64,000 bases of DNA from an uncultured Rikenellaceae bacterium (lineage in GTDB: Bacteria > Bacteroidota > Bacteroidia > Bacteroidales > VadinHA17). Shown here one piece after another: positions 1-10,066 of this stretch. The stretch covers positions 167,023 through 231,022 of the forward strand of contig CAVOLF010000006.1 of the NCBI GenBank assembly GCA_963696805.1, read 5' to 3'. The stretch's first letter is position 1, and each line of letters opens with the position of its first letter. The translations under genes were made by a program, and so were the position numbers. The notes under the pieces are model-generated. The model saw nothing but the letters and a program-made list of their open reading frames with translations, had not been told where the DNA came from and searched no databases.

Positions 1-2
1 TT

Positions 3-446
3 ATGGTGTCTGACATGACCGATTTCAACCACACGGAAGTTTTTGACTTTATCATACTTCCTGATGTACTGGAGCATATTCCCGTCGATCAGCACAGGAG
101 GTTGTTCCGGACACTTGCAGATCACATGCATGACAACTCGGTGATCCTGATCCATATTCCTCACCCGAGGGCGCTTGACTACATAAGGGCTACCGATCCC
201 GGACAGATGCAGATAATTGACCAGTCGGTGGAAGCAGACACCCTCATTGGTGATGCCTATGCCAGCGGACTGACCCTTATAAACTATAACTCATATTCCC
301 TCTTCGACAAGGAGCATGATTATGCAGTCATCAGCCTCAGGAAGAAAAATGCGGTGACCCTCTCTCCTCTTCCGAAGCGGGTCATTATTACGAGGAAACT
401 TTTTTCAAGAACCAGGTTTCTTCTCAGCAGGCTCAGGCCCTTTTAA
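3..446 (+). CDS. class I SAM-dependent methyltransferase, C-terminal part (5' end lies outside the window)
   Basis: The ORF abuts the window edge. DFIILPDVLEHIP resembles the conserved acidic-loop/VLEH region of Rossmann-fold methyltransferases, and the glycine-rich motif I would lie upstream. Confidence 0.55.
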   Translation: MVSDMTDFNHTEVFDFIILPDVLEHIPVDQHRRLFRTLADHMHDNSVILIHIPHPRALDYIRATDPGQMQIIDQSVEADTLIGDAYASGLTLINYNSYSLFDKEHDYAVISLRKKNAVTLSPLPKRVIITRKLFSRTRFLLSRLRPF

Positions 447-447
447 G

Positions 448-1515
448 ATGAAGGAAAAGATCCTCTATATTTACCCCGGGAATTCGACATTCATTCAGAA
501 AGATATTACCTTCCTCTCCCGGAAATTCGAGGTCATTGTTCCTGCCCATACCTGGACGTCCAAACTTGAAACGCCTCTGAATTTCCTGAAGCAGTTCGTT
601 TTTCTCAGCAGGCACCTGCAGGAATCCAGGGCCGTTTTTGTAATGTTCGGTGGATACTGGTCATTTTTACCTGCACTGGCGGGAAAGATTACCGGTAAGC
701 CTGTCTACATAATTCCAGGCGGAACAGACTGTGTATCATTCCCTTCGCTAAAATACGGAAGCCTGAGGAAACCGGTGATGAGAACCTTTATCAGGTGGTC
801 ATTCCGGCTCTGCAAGGGGTTGCTCCCGGTTGACGGGTCACTGGTTGAAAGCGATTACCTGTATCACCATGGAAGCGGCCACTCCATGCAGGGATACAGA
901 CATTTCTTCCCGGAGATCAACACTCCATTCAGGGTGATCCATAACGGTTTTGACCCTGACTTTTTTGACTCTGACCCGGAGAACAAGGTTAAGGACACAT
1001 TCATTGCGGTTGCATCTGTGACCAGCATGATGAGGTTACATGTAAAAGGAATCGATCTCCTGCTCTTCCTTGCCGGACAGTTCAGTCACTGTTCATTCAG
1101 GGTAATCGGCATATCGGATGCCGTCATTCGTCAGCTCGGACCCATTCCCCCCAATGTAGCACTGCACCCCTTTCTCCCGCAGGAACAGTTCAGGTCTTTC
1201 CTTGCCGAAAGCCAGTTTGTACTGCAGCTTTCAGTATCGGAGGGATTTCCCAATGCACTCTGCGAGGCGATGCTCTGCCAATGCATCCCGGTCGGGTCTG
1301 CAGTCGGGGCTATCCCTGAGATTATCGGAGAAACCGGGTTTCTAGTAAACAGCCCGGACAAGGATTATCTGGTCAATAAATTCATGGAGATCCTTGCCAC
1401 AGACAGCCATAAACGCCGCAAACTAGGCCTGAAAGCACGCCAGCGGATAGCTGATAACTTTCACATAGCAAAACGGGAAAAGGCCTATTTTGAGGTTCTG
1501 GATAAAGGAATCTGA
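448..1515 (+). CDS. glycosyltransferase, GT-B fold (family 1/4-like)
   Basis: 355-aa ORF. The C-terminal EGFPNALCEAMLCQCIPVGSAVGAIPEIIGETGFLV matches the GT1/GT4 EX7E nucleotide-sugar binding region. It starts 1 nt after the upstream stop. Confidence 0.8.
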   Translation: MKEKILYIYPGNSTFIQKDITFLSRKFEVIVPAHTWTSKLETPLNFLKQFVFLSRHLQESRAVFVMFGGYWSFLPALAGKITGKPVYIIPGGTDCVSFPSLKYGSLRKPVMRTFIRWSFRLCKGLLPVDGSLVESDYLYHHGSGHSMQGYRHFFPEINTPFRVIHNGFDPDFFDSDPENKVKDTFIAVASVTSMMRLHVKGIDLLLFLAGQFSHCSFRVIGISDAVIRQLGPIPPNVALHPFLPQEQFRSFLAESQFVLQLSVSEGFPNALCEAMLCQCIPVGSAVGAIPEIIGETGFLVNSPDKDYLVNKFMEILATDSHKRRKLGLKARQRIADNFHIAKREKAYFEVLDKGI

Positions 1516-1518
1516 TTT

Positions 1519-1633
1519 AGGCAATTGGCAGTAGGCAGTAGGCAGTAGTAGTCAGTTGGAACAAGCTGTAAGTTGTTGATTAGCAAAATTCAGAGGACAT
1601 AATTTTCACTATTGCCTATTGCCTACTGCCTGA
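1519..1633. repeat. inverted heptamer arrays (GGCAGTA x3 at 1527-1547; TATTGCC/TACTGCC x3 at 1610-1630) forming a potential 21-bp stem
   Basis: Read directly from the sequence. The arrays fill the spacer between the stops of convergent genes at 1515 and 1634. The arms pair at 21/21 positions if two G-T(U) wobbles are allowed, with a loop of about 62 nt. Confidence 0.85.
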
Positions 1634-2755
1634 TTATTTTCCAATAATGAAATTCGACGGCAAGGTCACGGTAGTGCCGAACTGGTATACCAGCTTGCGG
1701 GCAGTGCAGAGAGTTTCATCTCCCATGCTTACCCTGAACCCGGCCACATCAGGCACACGGTAATAGAGCCTGTCACGGGTTGCAAGATCCTTCTGAGAGG
1801 TGACCGGCTTTACCACCAGCTTCAGCTCCCCGGTCTTGCCTGTAGGCTTCATCTCAACCTGCACCGGTTGGCCTCCGGCTTCGCCGGCAGGCCGCACCCC
1901 CTTGCTCTCTGAGAAACTGAATATGGCTGTCTGTTTCCCCGCCATTGAAAGGTCAGGCGTGAGCCAGATGCGGAAGTGTTTGGTCTCCGACCATGTCTTG
2001 CCGGCAAAAAGCGCTGTGTATTCGCGTTCCAGCCTGTTTATCTCGTTTATTGCGGCACCGTCCTGCGGGAAGATATTCGTTTCGCCGGTGAGTATCATAT
2101 GTCTCCCCTCCCGCAGCTCGAGCAGCCTGTCAGCAGCCTCTCTTGCCTCCTCCTCCACCGTCATTCTCTTTTTTTTCTGAACAAGATAGGGCACCCGTAT
2201 GAATGCGGTATCGGCCTTGATAACCCTGTAGGCTGTGTCGGTCAGGGTAGAGACATAATCATATGCCCCCCTGTCAGGGAACATCAGTCCACGGATGTCA
2301 GTGCCCTGCTGCAGATTCGAGTGTCCTGTGCGGGAATAGATATCCGGGTTTATGTCGAGTATCAATCCGTTCTCTTTCAGGGCCAGAAGATTAGTCTGCA
2401 TCAGGCTAGTGCCCTGGATGACATAATACTGCGCAGGGTCAAGCTCCTCAATGGTTTTAATTCTCACGTCGGTGAGCGTCCAGGTCTCATTCCCGGCGGT
2501 GATTATATTGTCGAGCCCTATCATCTCACTGGCATAACCTGCAAACGGACCCGGGATCTCAGTTCTCTTTTCGGCAATGATATCAAATTCCAGCACCGTC
2601 TGCGGCAGGGCATAGACAATGCTCCCTTCTGTCACCCTTACTTCCCCTCCCAGTGGAAGAACTAAAATATCACTGTCACTGTTATTGTTCATTACTGAGC
2701 ATCCGCCGGTGACTGCCAATAAAGCCCCTGATATGACAATTGCAAGTCTTTTCAT
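1634..2755 (-). CDS. hypothetical lipoprotein (possibly DUF4831 family; name from memory, unverified)
   Basis: 373-aa ORF with the lipoprotein signal MKRLAIVISGALLAVTGGCS. No catalytic motif recognised. Confidence 0.65.
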   Translation of the reverse strand: MKRLAIVISGALLAVTGGCSVMNNNSDSDILVLPLGGEVRVTEGSIVYALPQTVLEFDIIAEKRTEIPGPFAGYASEMIGLDNIITAGNETWTLTDVRIKTIEELDPAQYYVIQGTSLMQTNLLALKENGLILDINPDIYSRTGHSNLQQGTDIRGLMFPDRGAYDYVSTLTDTAYRVIKADTAFIRVPYLVQKKKRMTVEEEAREAADRLLELREGRHMILTGETNIFPQDGAAINEINRLEREYTALFAGKTWSETKHFRIWLTPDLSMAGKQTAIFSFSESKGVRPAGEAGGQPVQVEMKPTGKTGELKLVVKPVTSQKDLATRDRLYYRVPDVAGFRVSMGDETLCTARKLVYQFGTTVTLPSNFIIGK

Positions 2756-2764
2756 CTCTGTTGT

Positions 2765-4294
2765 TTAAAGGTACATGCTGAAACTGTTGAACTGCGTTTC
2801 ACGAAAAGCCCTGCCTATATTCATCAGAATATCTCCGGCTATAACTGACTCCTCCGAGTGTATTCTCAGGGCCACGTCGCCTGCCACCCCGTGAAGGTAT
2901 ACTCCGGCAACTGCTGCATCGGCAGGGCCATAACCCTGTGCCAGCAATGAGGCGATCATTCCTGTCAGCACGTCGCCGCTGCCACCGGTGGCCATGCCCG
3001 GGTTGCCCGTGCTGTTGAAATAGACCTCGCCTCCGGGCAGGGCAATGGAGGTATGGGCTCCCTTTACAACCACGATGCAATTATGCCTGGCAGCGAACTC
3101 CCGCTGCTCTTCCATAAGCCTGAAGTCACTGCTGTCTGTCGCGGCCAGACGGCGGAACTCTCCGGGATGAGGTGTCAGCACTGTACCAGGTGGAATCAGA
3201 TCAAGCAGTTCCCTGTTCCGGGCCATGATGTTAAGTGCATCAGCATCAAGCACAAGTGGTATGGTGGCGGTCTCAAGCAAGGTCCTCAGCACCCCGGCAG
3301 TGTCAGGGTCAGTGCCCAGTCCCGGGCCTACTCCTGCCGCATCAAACGGAGTCAGGTCAGGCATCACGGTCACGTTGCCTGTTCCCGGATCCGGTGAGAC
3401 CATAGCCTCCGGCAGTGATGCCTGCAGAGCCATCACGGCGGAGGTGGGAGTATGCACGGTCACCAGTCCGGCACCGCTGCGCAGAGCGGCCCCGGCAGCC
3501 AGTGTGGCGGCCCCGGCCTTGCCGTAACTGCCGGCAATGATCAGGGCATGACCAAAAATGCCCTTGTGATCAAATTTCTTCCTCTTTTGAAGGAGCGGCC
3601 TGACATTCTCTCTCATTACATAATGGTATGGCGAGGGCATGGAGGCGATGGTCGCGGCATGCAGGCCGATGTCAATCACCTCCCATCTGCCTGCCTGATC
3701 TTCATTCCCGGCAAACATGAAGGCAATTTTGGGAAACTGGAATGTGATGGTCTGTGAAGCCCTGACCATCCTGTCGCGGTCAACACCGTTGTTGTCCTCG
3801 CAGAAAAGCCCGGAGGGGACATCGACTGAAACAACATATGCACCCGTCTGATTGATCTTTTTGATGACCTCAGCAGCCACACCCGCCGGAGCCTTGCTGA
3901 GCCCCGTTCCGAAAATGGCGTCAATGATCACCTCATCACGGCCGATGACGGGAAAGAGCCCGGGATCGGCCAGGGTGAGCGGCGATACGCCCGCTCTCTC
4001 AAGCCGGTCGGCATTCAACCTGAATTCGCTGCTGTGGGCAGAACCTGTCTCTACAATGAATACGCGCACAGGATGGCCTTCATCATACAACAGCCTGGCA
4101 ATCACCAGCCCGTCACCACCGTTGTTACCGGGGCCGGCAAACACGTTGACCTTCTTTTCAGGCGGCAGGGTGTCCTTCAGCCTCTCAACAAACGTTGTGG
4201 CAGCACGCTCCATCAGCCCTGCCGGCGTTACAGGCTCAAGACGGACAGTGGCTGCATCAATCTCCCTTATCTCTGCAGATGTGAAAATCTTCAT
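2765..4294 (-). CDS. nnr: bifunctional NAD(P)H-hydrate epimerase / ADP-dependent (S)-NAD(P)H-hydrate dehydratase
   Basis: N-terminal YjeF_N motif VFAGPGNNGGDGLVIARLL and C-terminal kinase-fold motif GGSGDVLTGMIASLLAQG. I chose the start at MKIFTSAEIREID (ATG at 4294), 15 codons inside the longest ORF. Confidence 0.9.
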   Translation of the reverse strand: MKIFTSAEIREIDAATVRLEPVTPAGLMERAATTFVERLKDTLPPEKKVNVFAGPGNNGGDGLVIARLLYDEGHPVRVFIVETGSAHSSEFRLNADRLERAGVSPLTLADPGLFPVIGRDEVIIDAIFGTGLSKAPAGVAAEVIKKINQTGAYVVSVDVPSGLFCEDNNGVDRDRMVRASQTITFQFPKIAFMFAGNEDQAGRWEVIDIGLHAATIASMPSPYHYVMRENVRPLLQKRKKFDHKGIFGHALIIAGSYGKAGAATLAAGAALRSGAGLVTVHTPTSAVMALQASLPEAMVSPDPGTGNVTVMPDLTPFDAAGVGPGLGTDPDTAGVLRTLLETATIPLVLDADALNIMARNRELLDLIPPGTVLTPHPGEFRRLAATDSSDFRLMEEQREFAARHNCIVVVKGAHTSIALPGGEVYFNSTGNPGMATGGSGDVLTGMIASLLAQGYGPADAAVAGVYLHGVAGDVALRIHSEESVIAGDILMNIGRAFRETQFNSFSMYL

Positions 4295-4394
4295 AGTGTA
4301 AATATAGGTCCCAATAATACAAATGTAAAAATATAACAATGCAAAATTATTGCGCTGATGTTATAATGCAATGATTGCAAATTAAAAAGATTAA

Positions 4395-4402
4395 TATATT
4401 TG
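4395..4402 (+). promoter_or_regulatory. Bacteroidota -7 promoter box TATATTTG (TAnnTTTG consensus)
   Basis: Exact consensus match 42 nt upstream of the POT transporter start at 4444, in an AT-rich spacer. Confidence 0.5.
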
Positions 4403-4443
4403 TCACCAACTGAACGAAAATAATCAATTAAATACAGAAAATT

Positions 4444-6243
4444 ATGCTCAAGAATCATCCAAAAGGACTGCTGGTTGCCTTCTTCGCCAATATGGGAGAA
4501 CGGTTCGGCTTCTACACCATGATGGCGATCCTGGTGCTTTTCCTGCAGGCCAAGTACGGCCTTGCTGCTGAAAAGGCGGGGAACATTTACAGCACGTTTT
4601 ACTTCAGCATCTACGCGCTTGCCCTGGTCGGCGGGATACTGGCCGATGCAACCAGGAAATACAAGACGGTGATAATGTTCGGCATTATCATCATGTTTGC
4701 AGGCTACGTATTGATGGCCGTGCCCGGAATGCCTCTCAACTTCACGGTGATTGCCCTCTTCACCATAGCTTTTGGCAATGGCCTGTTCAAGGGTAACCTT
4801 CAGGCCGTCGTCGGGCAGATGTACGACAATCCCCAGTATTCAAAAATGAGAGACACCGCCTTCATGATATTCTATATGGGTATCAACGTCGGCGCATTCT
4901 TCGCTCCCTTTGCTGCCAACGGCATCAGGAACTGGTGGCTTAAGACAAACGGTTTTGCCCATGACGGAAGCCTTCCGGCCCTGTGTCACCAGTTCAATGA
5001 CGGGCTGCTTACAAGCACCACCAAACTTGAAGAGTTTCAGGCTCTCGCCGATAAAGTGAACCTCTCAGGCCCTGTAACCGATATCGGTGCTTTCGCCAAC
5101 AACTACCTCGAGGTCTTCTCAAGAGGTTACAACTATGCTTTCGGTATCGCTGCCGGAGCCATGGTTATCTCACTCCTGGTGTATATCTTCTTCAACAGGC
5201 TGCTTCCCAACAAGGAGAAACCTGCTAAGGCCACTGACGGGTCATCCAATACAATTGAGTTTGAATTCAGGCCCCTGATCTATGCAGCAATAGCAATGGC
5301 CATTTTTGCCTTCGGACTCAGTTTTGTCGTCGATGTGTTTACCGGTCTGGCAATCGGACTTTTTGCAGGTTTCACCACCTGGATGCTTACAACTGCCAAA
5401 AAAGATGAATATGCACGTGTATCATCCCTGATCCTTGTGTTCGTGGTGGTCGTATTCTTCTGGATGTCATTCCATCAGAACGGGCTGACGCTCACACTCT
5501 TTGCCAGGGACTATACGGCCAAGCAGGTTGGACCTTTCACCTATCTGTTCTTCACCCTGCCTTCAATGCTTGCAGTTATTGCGTCTATTGCAGGCCTGGT
5601 GATGCTTGTCAGGAAAAACATGCAGATGCCTGCAAGGGTCATCGGAGGTGTCCTTTTCGTAGCGGCATTCGTAGCAGCCTACCTCTTTGTTACCAAAGCC
5701 AATCCGCTTAATTCGATTGAGCCCGAGGTGTTCCAGTCATTCAACCCGCTCTTCATCGTGGCACTCACCTTCCCTGTAATGGGCGTCTTTGCCTGGCTGA
5801 ACAAGAAGAATATTGAACCGTCAACCCCGAAGAAGATAGGAATCGGGATGATCATCGCCGCAATAGGATTTATTGTGGTGCTGCTCTCATCAGTCAAACT
5901 CCCCTCACCGATTTCACTCGAAGGATCTCCGGTTACTGAAGCCCTCAGGGTAAGCCCCTACTGGCTTATAAGCAGTTATCTGATACTTACTGTGGCTGAG
6001 CTCTTCCTGAGCCCGATGGGACTGTCGTTCGTATCCAAGGTTGCTCCTTCACGGTTCCAGGGTATGATGCAGGCCGGCTGGCTGCTGGCAACCGCCACCG
6101 GGAATAAGCTTCTGTTCGTCGGAACAAAGCTCTGGGACAAGGTAGATCTTTGGCAGCTCTGGGCGGTGTTCATCGTCTGCTGCCTGCTCTCTGCCGCTTT
6201 CATATTCTCAATTATGAAGAGACTCGAAAACGCAACCAGGTAA
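4444..6243 (+). CDS. POT/PTR2-family proton-dependent di/tripeptide transporter (MFS)
   Basis: 599 aa and highly hydrophobic. GERFGFYTMMAILVLFL matches the PTR2 signature region (GERFxxYG). Confidence 0.9.
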   Translation: MLKNHPKGLLVAFFANMGERFGFYTMMAILVLFLQAKYGLAAEKAGNIYSTFYFSIYALALVGGILADATRKYKTVIMFGIIIMFAGYVLMAVPGMPLNFTVIALFTIAFGNGLFKGNLQAVVGQMYDNPQYSKMRDTAFMIFYMGINVGAFFAPFAANGIRNWWLKTNGFAHDGSLPALCHQFNDGLLTSTTKLEEFQALADKVNLSGPVTDIGAFANNYLEVFSRGYNYAFGIAAGAMVISLLVYIFFNRLLPNKEKPAKATDGSSNTIEFEFRPLIYAAIAMAIFAFGLSFVVDVFTGLAIGLFAGFTTWMLTTAKKDEYARVSSLILVFVVVVFFWMSFHQNGLTLTLFARDYTAKQVGPFTYLFFTLPSMLAVIASIAGLVMLVRKNMQMPARVIGGVLFVAAFVAAYLFVTKANPLNSIEPEVFQSFNPLFIVALTFPVMGVFAWLNKKNIEPSTPKKIGIGMIIAAIGFIVVLLSSVKLPSPISLEGSPVTEALRVSPYWLISSYLILTVAELFLSPMGLSFVSKVAPSRFQGMMQAGWLLATATGNKLLFVGTKLWDKVDLWQLWAVFIVCCLLSAAFIFSIMKRLENATR

Positions 6244-6261
6244 GACTGTATCTCTGTATCA

Positions 6262-6292
6262 GGAGAGCCGCCACAAGCGGCTCTCTTTTTTT
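6262..6292 (+). terminator. rho-independent terminator after the POT transporter
   Basis: AGAGCCGC-CACAA-GCGGCTCT stem-loop followed by C + T7, about 20 nt after the stop. Confidence 0.7.
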
Positions 6293-6339
6293 ATGTCACT
6301 ACATGTGCCAAATCAGTACCGAAAAAAAAGAATAAATCA

Positions 6340-6347
6340 TATATTTG
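6340..6347 (+). promoter_or_regulatory. -7 promoter box TATATTTG
   Basis: Exact TAnnTTTG match 21 nt upstream of the 6368 start. Confidence 0.4.
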
Positions 6348-6367
6348 TCAATTCATATTAAAATGCA

Positions 6368-6601
6368 ATGAGCAGCACCAGCAAAATGTATGACAAGGTA
6401 TTCGCCATCTTCGGCACGGTGATGGTTCTTTTCTATTTCGGCCTTGCGGTTTTCATCCTCACAACTGACCTTATTCCTATCGACAAAGCCCTCAGGATAG
6501 TTCTGTCCGTTCCACTGTTCATTTATGCTCTTTACAGGTTCTTTGTGTCTTACGAGAAGATAAAGGAGAGCTTTTTCAGCAAGGATGAGGATGAGAAATA
6601 A
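6368..6601 (+). CDS. small hypothetical membrane protein (two predicted TM helices)
   Basis: 77-aa ORF with two hydrophobic segments and an acidic tail. It has its own promoter-like box. No family recognised. Confidence 0.45.
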   Translation: MSSTSKMYDKVFAIFGTVMVLFYFGLAVFILTTDLIPIDKALRIVLSVPLFIYALYRFFVSYEKIKESFFSKDEDEK

Positions 6602-6778
6602 TCCGTTGATTTTCCCGGGGTCTCCATACCACTTGCCGGTCATAGATTATAATGATGGCATGTGCTTTGTATCTCACCTTTTAAGATACGTTACGAAAAT
6701 TAACTCCCCTATGGGAGGCGAGATTGAGAGATAATTATTAATATTGTGGCTCATAGTAAGTTGAAAAGCGGGGAGAGT

Positions 6779-7741
6779 ATGAACAGATCGGGATACATAT
6801 TATCAATCGTGCCTGCGTTGCTCGTTGTGGCAGTCGTTGCAGCCCTGTCATCATGCAAGCCCAAAGGAACCGCAACCCTCAAGGAGACACCAACCTCCGG
6901 CAACATCAGGATAGCATCTGATGATTCGTTCCAACCTATTATCAATGCGGAGATCGATACTTTCACGGCACTTTACAAGTACGCTACAATAAAACCTCTT
7001 TACAAACCGGAGAATGAGCTTGTGGCATTTTTCCTGAATGATTCAGTAAAGGTGATTATCTCATCATGGGCCCCAACGGAAGAACAGCGCAAGGTTCTCC
7101 TCGATTTGCAGACAGTGGTCCGTACCACTGTCGTGGCATTTGACGCGCTGGTTCTTGTTCTCAACAGGAGCAATGCTGATTCACTCCTGACATACAAAAA
7201 CGTCCGGAAGATATTCACCGGCGAGATCACCGACTGGAATCAGATTAATTCAAAGTCAAAGCTGGGCCCTGTCAGTATAGTATTCGACAATATGCGTTCG
7301 GGAAATATAAGGTACTTCAGGGAGAAATTCGAGCTTCCGGAAAGTCTCGGGCCTAACTTTTTTGCAGTCAACAGCAACCCCGAGGTAATAGATTATGTCG
7401 CAGGCAGCCCTGGAGCTATCGGCATTGTGAGCGTTAACTGGATCAGTGACGAGGACGATCCCCAAAGCTTCAAGCTCCTTCACAAGATTAAGGTGGCTGC
7501 AGTGTCACAGCCTTATCTCGACGAAGAATCAACCTTCTACCTGCCGGTGCAGGGGTCTATATATGACAAGACATATCCCTTTGTAAGAGAAGTAAATATG
7601 CATTCGCGTGAATCATTTTCAGGACTTGGCTCGGGATTTGTAAGTTTCGTAGCAGGTGAAAAGGGACAAAGGATAATACTTAAATCGGGTCTTGTACCTG
7701 CAACGATGCCGATCAGGATAATACAGGTAAAAAATGAGTAA
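6779..7741 (+). CDS. PstS-family / periplasmic-binding-protein-like substrate-binding lipoprotein
   Basis: Signal plus lipobox (ALSSC) and PBP-like sequence (GAIGIVSVNWI). It is the first gene of the TPR-exbB-exbD-exbD-tonB cluster. I preferred the ATG at 6779 over the GTG at 6746. Confidence 0.65.
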   Translation: MNRSGYILSIVPALLVVAVVAALSSCKPKGTATLKETPTSGNIRIASDDSFQPIINAEIDTFTALYKYATIKPLYKPENELVAFFLNDSVKVIISSWAPTEEQRKVLLDLQTVVRTTVVAFDALVLVLNRSNADSLLTYKNVRKIFTGEITDWNQINSKSKLGPVSIVFDNMRSGNIRYFREKFELPESLGPNFFAVNSNPEVIDYVAGSPGAIGIVSVNWISDEDDPQSFKLLHKIKVAAVSQPYLDEESTFYLPVQGSIYDKTYPFVREVNMHSRESFSGLGSGFVSFVAGEKGQRIILKSGLVPATMPIRIIQVKNE

Positions 7742-7747
7742 CTAAAC

Positions 7748-9949
7748 ATGATAACGATGATTAAGAGAAGTTTCAAACTGGCGTTGCTGCCCGCAGCGGT
7801 ATTTTGCATGATTTTTGGCACCGGGCTCAAGGCTCAGACGCTTGATGAGGCCAGGACATTCACTAAAAATGAACAGTATGATAAGGCAGAGGCACTGTTC
7901 CAGCAACTGATAAATAATGAGCCCGCCAACAGCGTGATTTATTTTCATTATGGTGAGAACACGCTGTTGAACTATTTTGCCGATACAATCTCCAACTCGC
8001 TGACAGTGGCAACGAAGGAGGCAGCCGAAATTTTCAATAAGGGCGTTACCGCCAATCCGGCTGAACCGCTAAACTACGTAGGCCTCGCCAAGGTGGCTTT
8101 TTACAGCGGTGACATAGCAAAGGCGGAAGAGCTGAGACTGAAGGCCAACGGCCTGTTGCCCCCTTACAAGAAGGTAAAAAAGATAGCGGATCCGAAGGGC
8201 TATGCTTATACACTTGCAAAGATTGCAGAATCGTATATCCGTTTTGAGGAGGTAGACACCAGTAAAGCACTTCCTTTCATCAGGCATGCTGTATCAATCG
8301 ACCCTAGAAACAGCGAGATGTATATCATCGCAGGTGATATTTATATCCTTGTCAATGACGGTTCAAAGGCAATCAAGAATTACAACCTTGCACAGGACTG
8401 GGACCTGCAGTCGCCTGCAGCCAATATGAAAATAGGAAGCATCTATGTCAAGGGACGCAACCTCATGGCAGCCATTCCCTATTATGAGCAGGCAATCTCC
8501 CTTGATCAGAACTATGCTCCTGCATACAGGGAGCTGGGGCAGCTCTACTCGATGGCCGGCAGGTTCAATGATTCCAAAAAGTATTTCGAAAAATACCTTG
8601 ACCTGACCCAGGGTAACATACCCGCTAGGATAAGATACGTCAACGCCCTCTTCTATGCAAAGGAGTATGAGGAGGTTATCAAGAATGTGGAGCAGATATT
8701 TGCCGTCGACAATTCCAGAACTTACATGAACCGTATTGCAGGCTATTCCGCCTACGAGGAAGGCAGTTTTGACATTGCCGCGCAATACATGGACCGGCTC
8801 TTTGCCAATCTCAGCGCCGACCGTCTTATAAAGAAAGACTGGATCTATTATGCAAGGATACTGGCAAGAAAGAACCAGGACTACAGTAAGCTTGTGATCG
8901 AGGCGGATAATGAAAGTGATGATCTCAGCAAGCTCCGGGCCAGGTATACTACTCTCAAGAGCCCTGCAAAAGAGAAGGCAAAGGCTGAAATCGATGCGCT
9001 TGCAGCTAAGGTTGAAACCCACAAGACAACGATAGCGCAGGCAGAAAAAGAGCTCTCAAAAGCCTTCGAGGCATATGAAAAGGCTATTTATTTCACTGAA
9101 GAGGAGGACCTTAACCTCATTTATGAGAAGGGGACCGTTCAGTACAGTGCCCGCAGGTATGCAGACGCCGCCTCGACATGGTCACGCCTACTTGAAAAAG
9201 GAAGAGACACCGAAAATGACTTCATCCAGGTTGGAAGGGCCTATTACCAGGACAAACAGTTTGACAAGGCTGATGACATCTTCGAAAAAATGACCGCCAA
9301 ATACCCTGACAATCTGCAGGGTTACCTCTGGTTGGCCAACACGGCATCAGCCAAGGATCCCGATTCAGAGCTTGGCTTTGCCAGGCCGAAATTCCAGATG
9401 CTGCTGCAGAAGGCTTCAGTAGACTCCGTCAAGAATGTTAAGGAGATGTATGACGCCCTAAGGTACCTCGGCTATGAATCACTGCAGGCCGGGAGATATG
9501 ATGAAGCCAAAGCATATTACACCAGGATGATGAATCTCTCTCCTGACTACAGGATTAAGGCTCACAGCTCACTCAGCACCATGTACATGACTATGGGTGA
9601 CTATTCTAAAGCCGCTGAGGAGAACAACAGGATACTGGCAATTGAACCCGGAAACGAAGCTGCCAGATCAACCATCCAATATATTACCCAGCTTCAGAAG
9701 AGTGCCATCCCGAAGGCTCATCCCAATGAAATTACCGGAATGATAACCGATTCTGCAGGGGAGCCCATCCCGGGTGCATCTGTAAGGGTCAAGGATACAG
9801 CAGCCGAGGCATGGACCAATGCAAGGGGAGAATACAAGTTCGTTATGCCTGAGGCCTCAGAGGCTTTGATAATCGGTGCCAAAGGGTATAAATCCATTGA
9901 GGTCCCTGTAACAAAAAGAAGAGTCTATAATGCTTCCCTTGAAAAGTAG
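7748..9949 (+). CDS. TPR-repeat protein with C-terminal carboxypeptidase-regulatory-like (CarboxypepD_reg) domain
   Basis: 733 aa with a signal peptide and many TPR-like A/Y/L-patterned repeats. The C-terminal ITGMITDSAGEPIPGASVRVKDTAAEAWTNARGEYKF is CarboxypepD_reg-like. Confidence 0.8.
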   Translation: MITMIKRSFKLALLPAAVFCMIFGTGLKAQTLDEARTFTKNEQYDKAEALFQQLINNEPANSVIYFHYGENTLLNYFADTISNSLTVATKEAAEIFNKGVTANPAEPLNYVGLAKVAFYSGDIAKAEELRLKANGLLPPYKKVKKIADPKGYAYTLAKIAESYIRFEEVDTSKALPFIRHAVSIDPRNSEMYIIAGDIYILVNDGSKAIKNYNLAQDWDLQSPAANMKIGSIYVKGRNLMAAIPYYEQAISLDQNYAPAYRELGQLYSMAGRFNDSKKYFEKYLDLTQGNIPARIRYVNALFYAKEYEEVIKNVEQIFAVDNSRTYMNRIAGYSAYEEGSFDIAAQYMDRLFANLSADRLIKKDWIYYARILARKNQDYSKLVIEADNESDDLSKLRARYTTLKSPAKEKAKAEIDALAAKVETHKTTIAQAEKELSKAFEAYEKAIYFTEEEDLNLIYEKGTVQYSARRYADAASTWSRLLEKGRDTENDFIQVGRAYYQDKQFDKADDIFEKMTAKYPDNLQGYLWLANTASAKDPDSELGFARPKFQMLLQKASVDSVKNVKEMYDALRYLGYESLQAGRYDEAKAYYTRMMNLSPDYRIKAHSSLSTMYMTMGDYSKAAEENNRILAIEPGNEAARSTIQYITQLQKSAIPKAHPNEITGMITDSAGEPIPGASVRVKDTAAEAWTNARGEYKFVMPEASEALIIGAKGYKSIEVPVTKRRVYNASLEK

Positions 9950-10021
9950 GAACCAAAGTATTTTTGGCCTGAAAAGTATATCTAATTAATTGAGACTATT
10001 GTAAAAGAGTAGAAGAATATT

Positions 10022-10029
10022 TATTTTTG
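10022..10029 (+). promoter_or_regulatory. -7 promoter box TATTTTTG
   Basis: TAnnTTTG match 38 nt upstream of the exbB start, in a 117-nt AT-rich spacer. Confidence 0.45.
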
Positions 10030-10066
10030 CCAACTGTTCAATTAAACCAACTTAAAGAATACTAAA

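Noticed and set aside
8363-9022. 219-aa minus-strand ORF inside the TPR gene; similar long antisense or out-of-frame ORFs at 10922-11647, 1976-2665, 28048-28551, 37204-37749, 39357-39800 and 12401-12769
   Set aside because: All lie antisense to, or out of frame within, ORFs with clear family signatures. They have low-complexity or Cys/Arg-rich translations and no recognisable motifs, so they are shadow ORFs.
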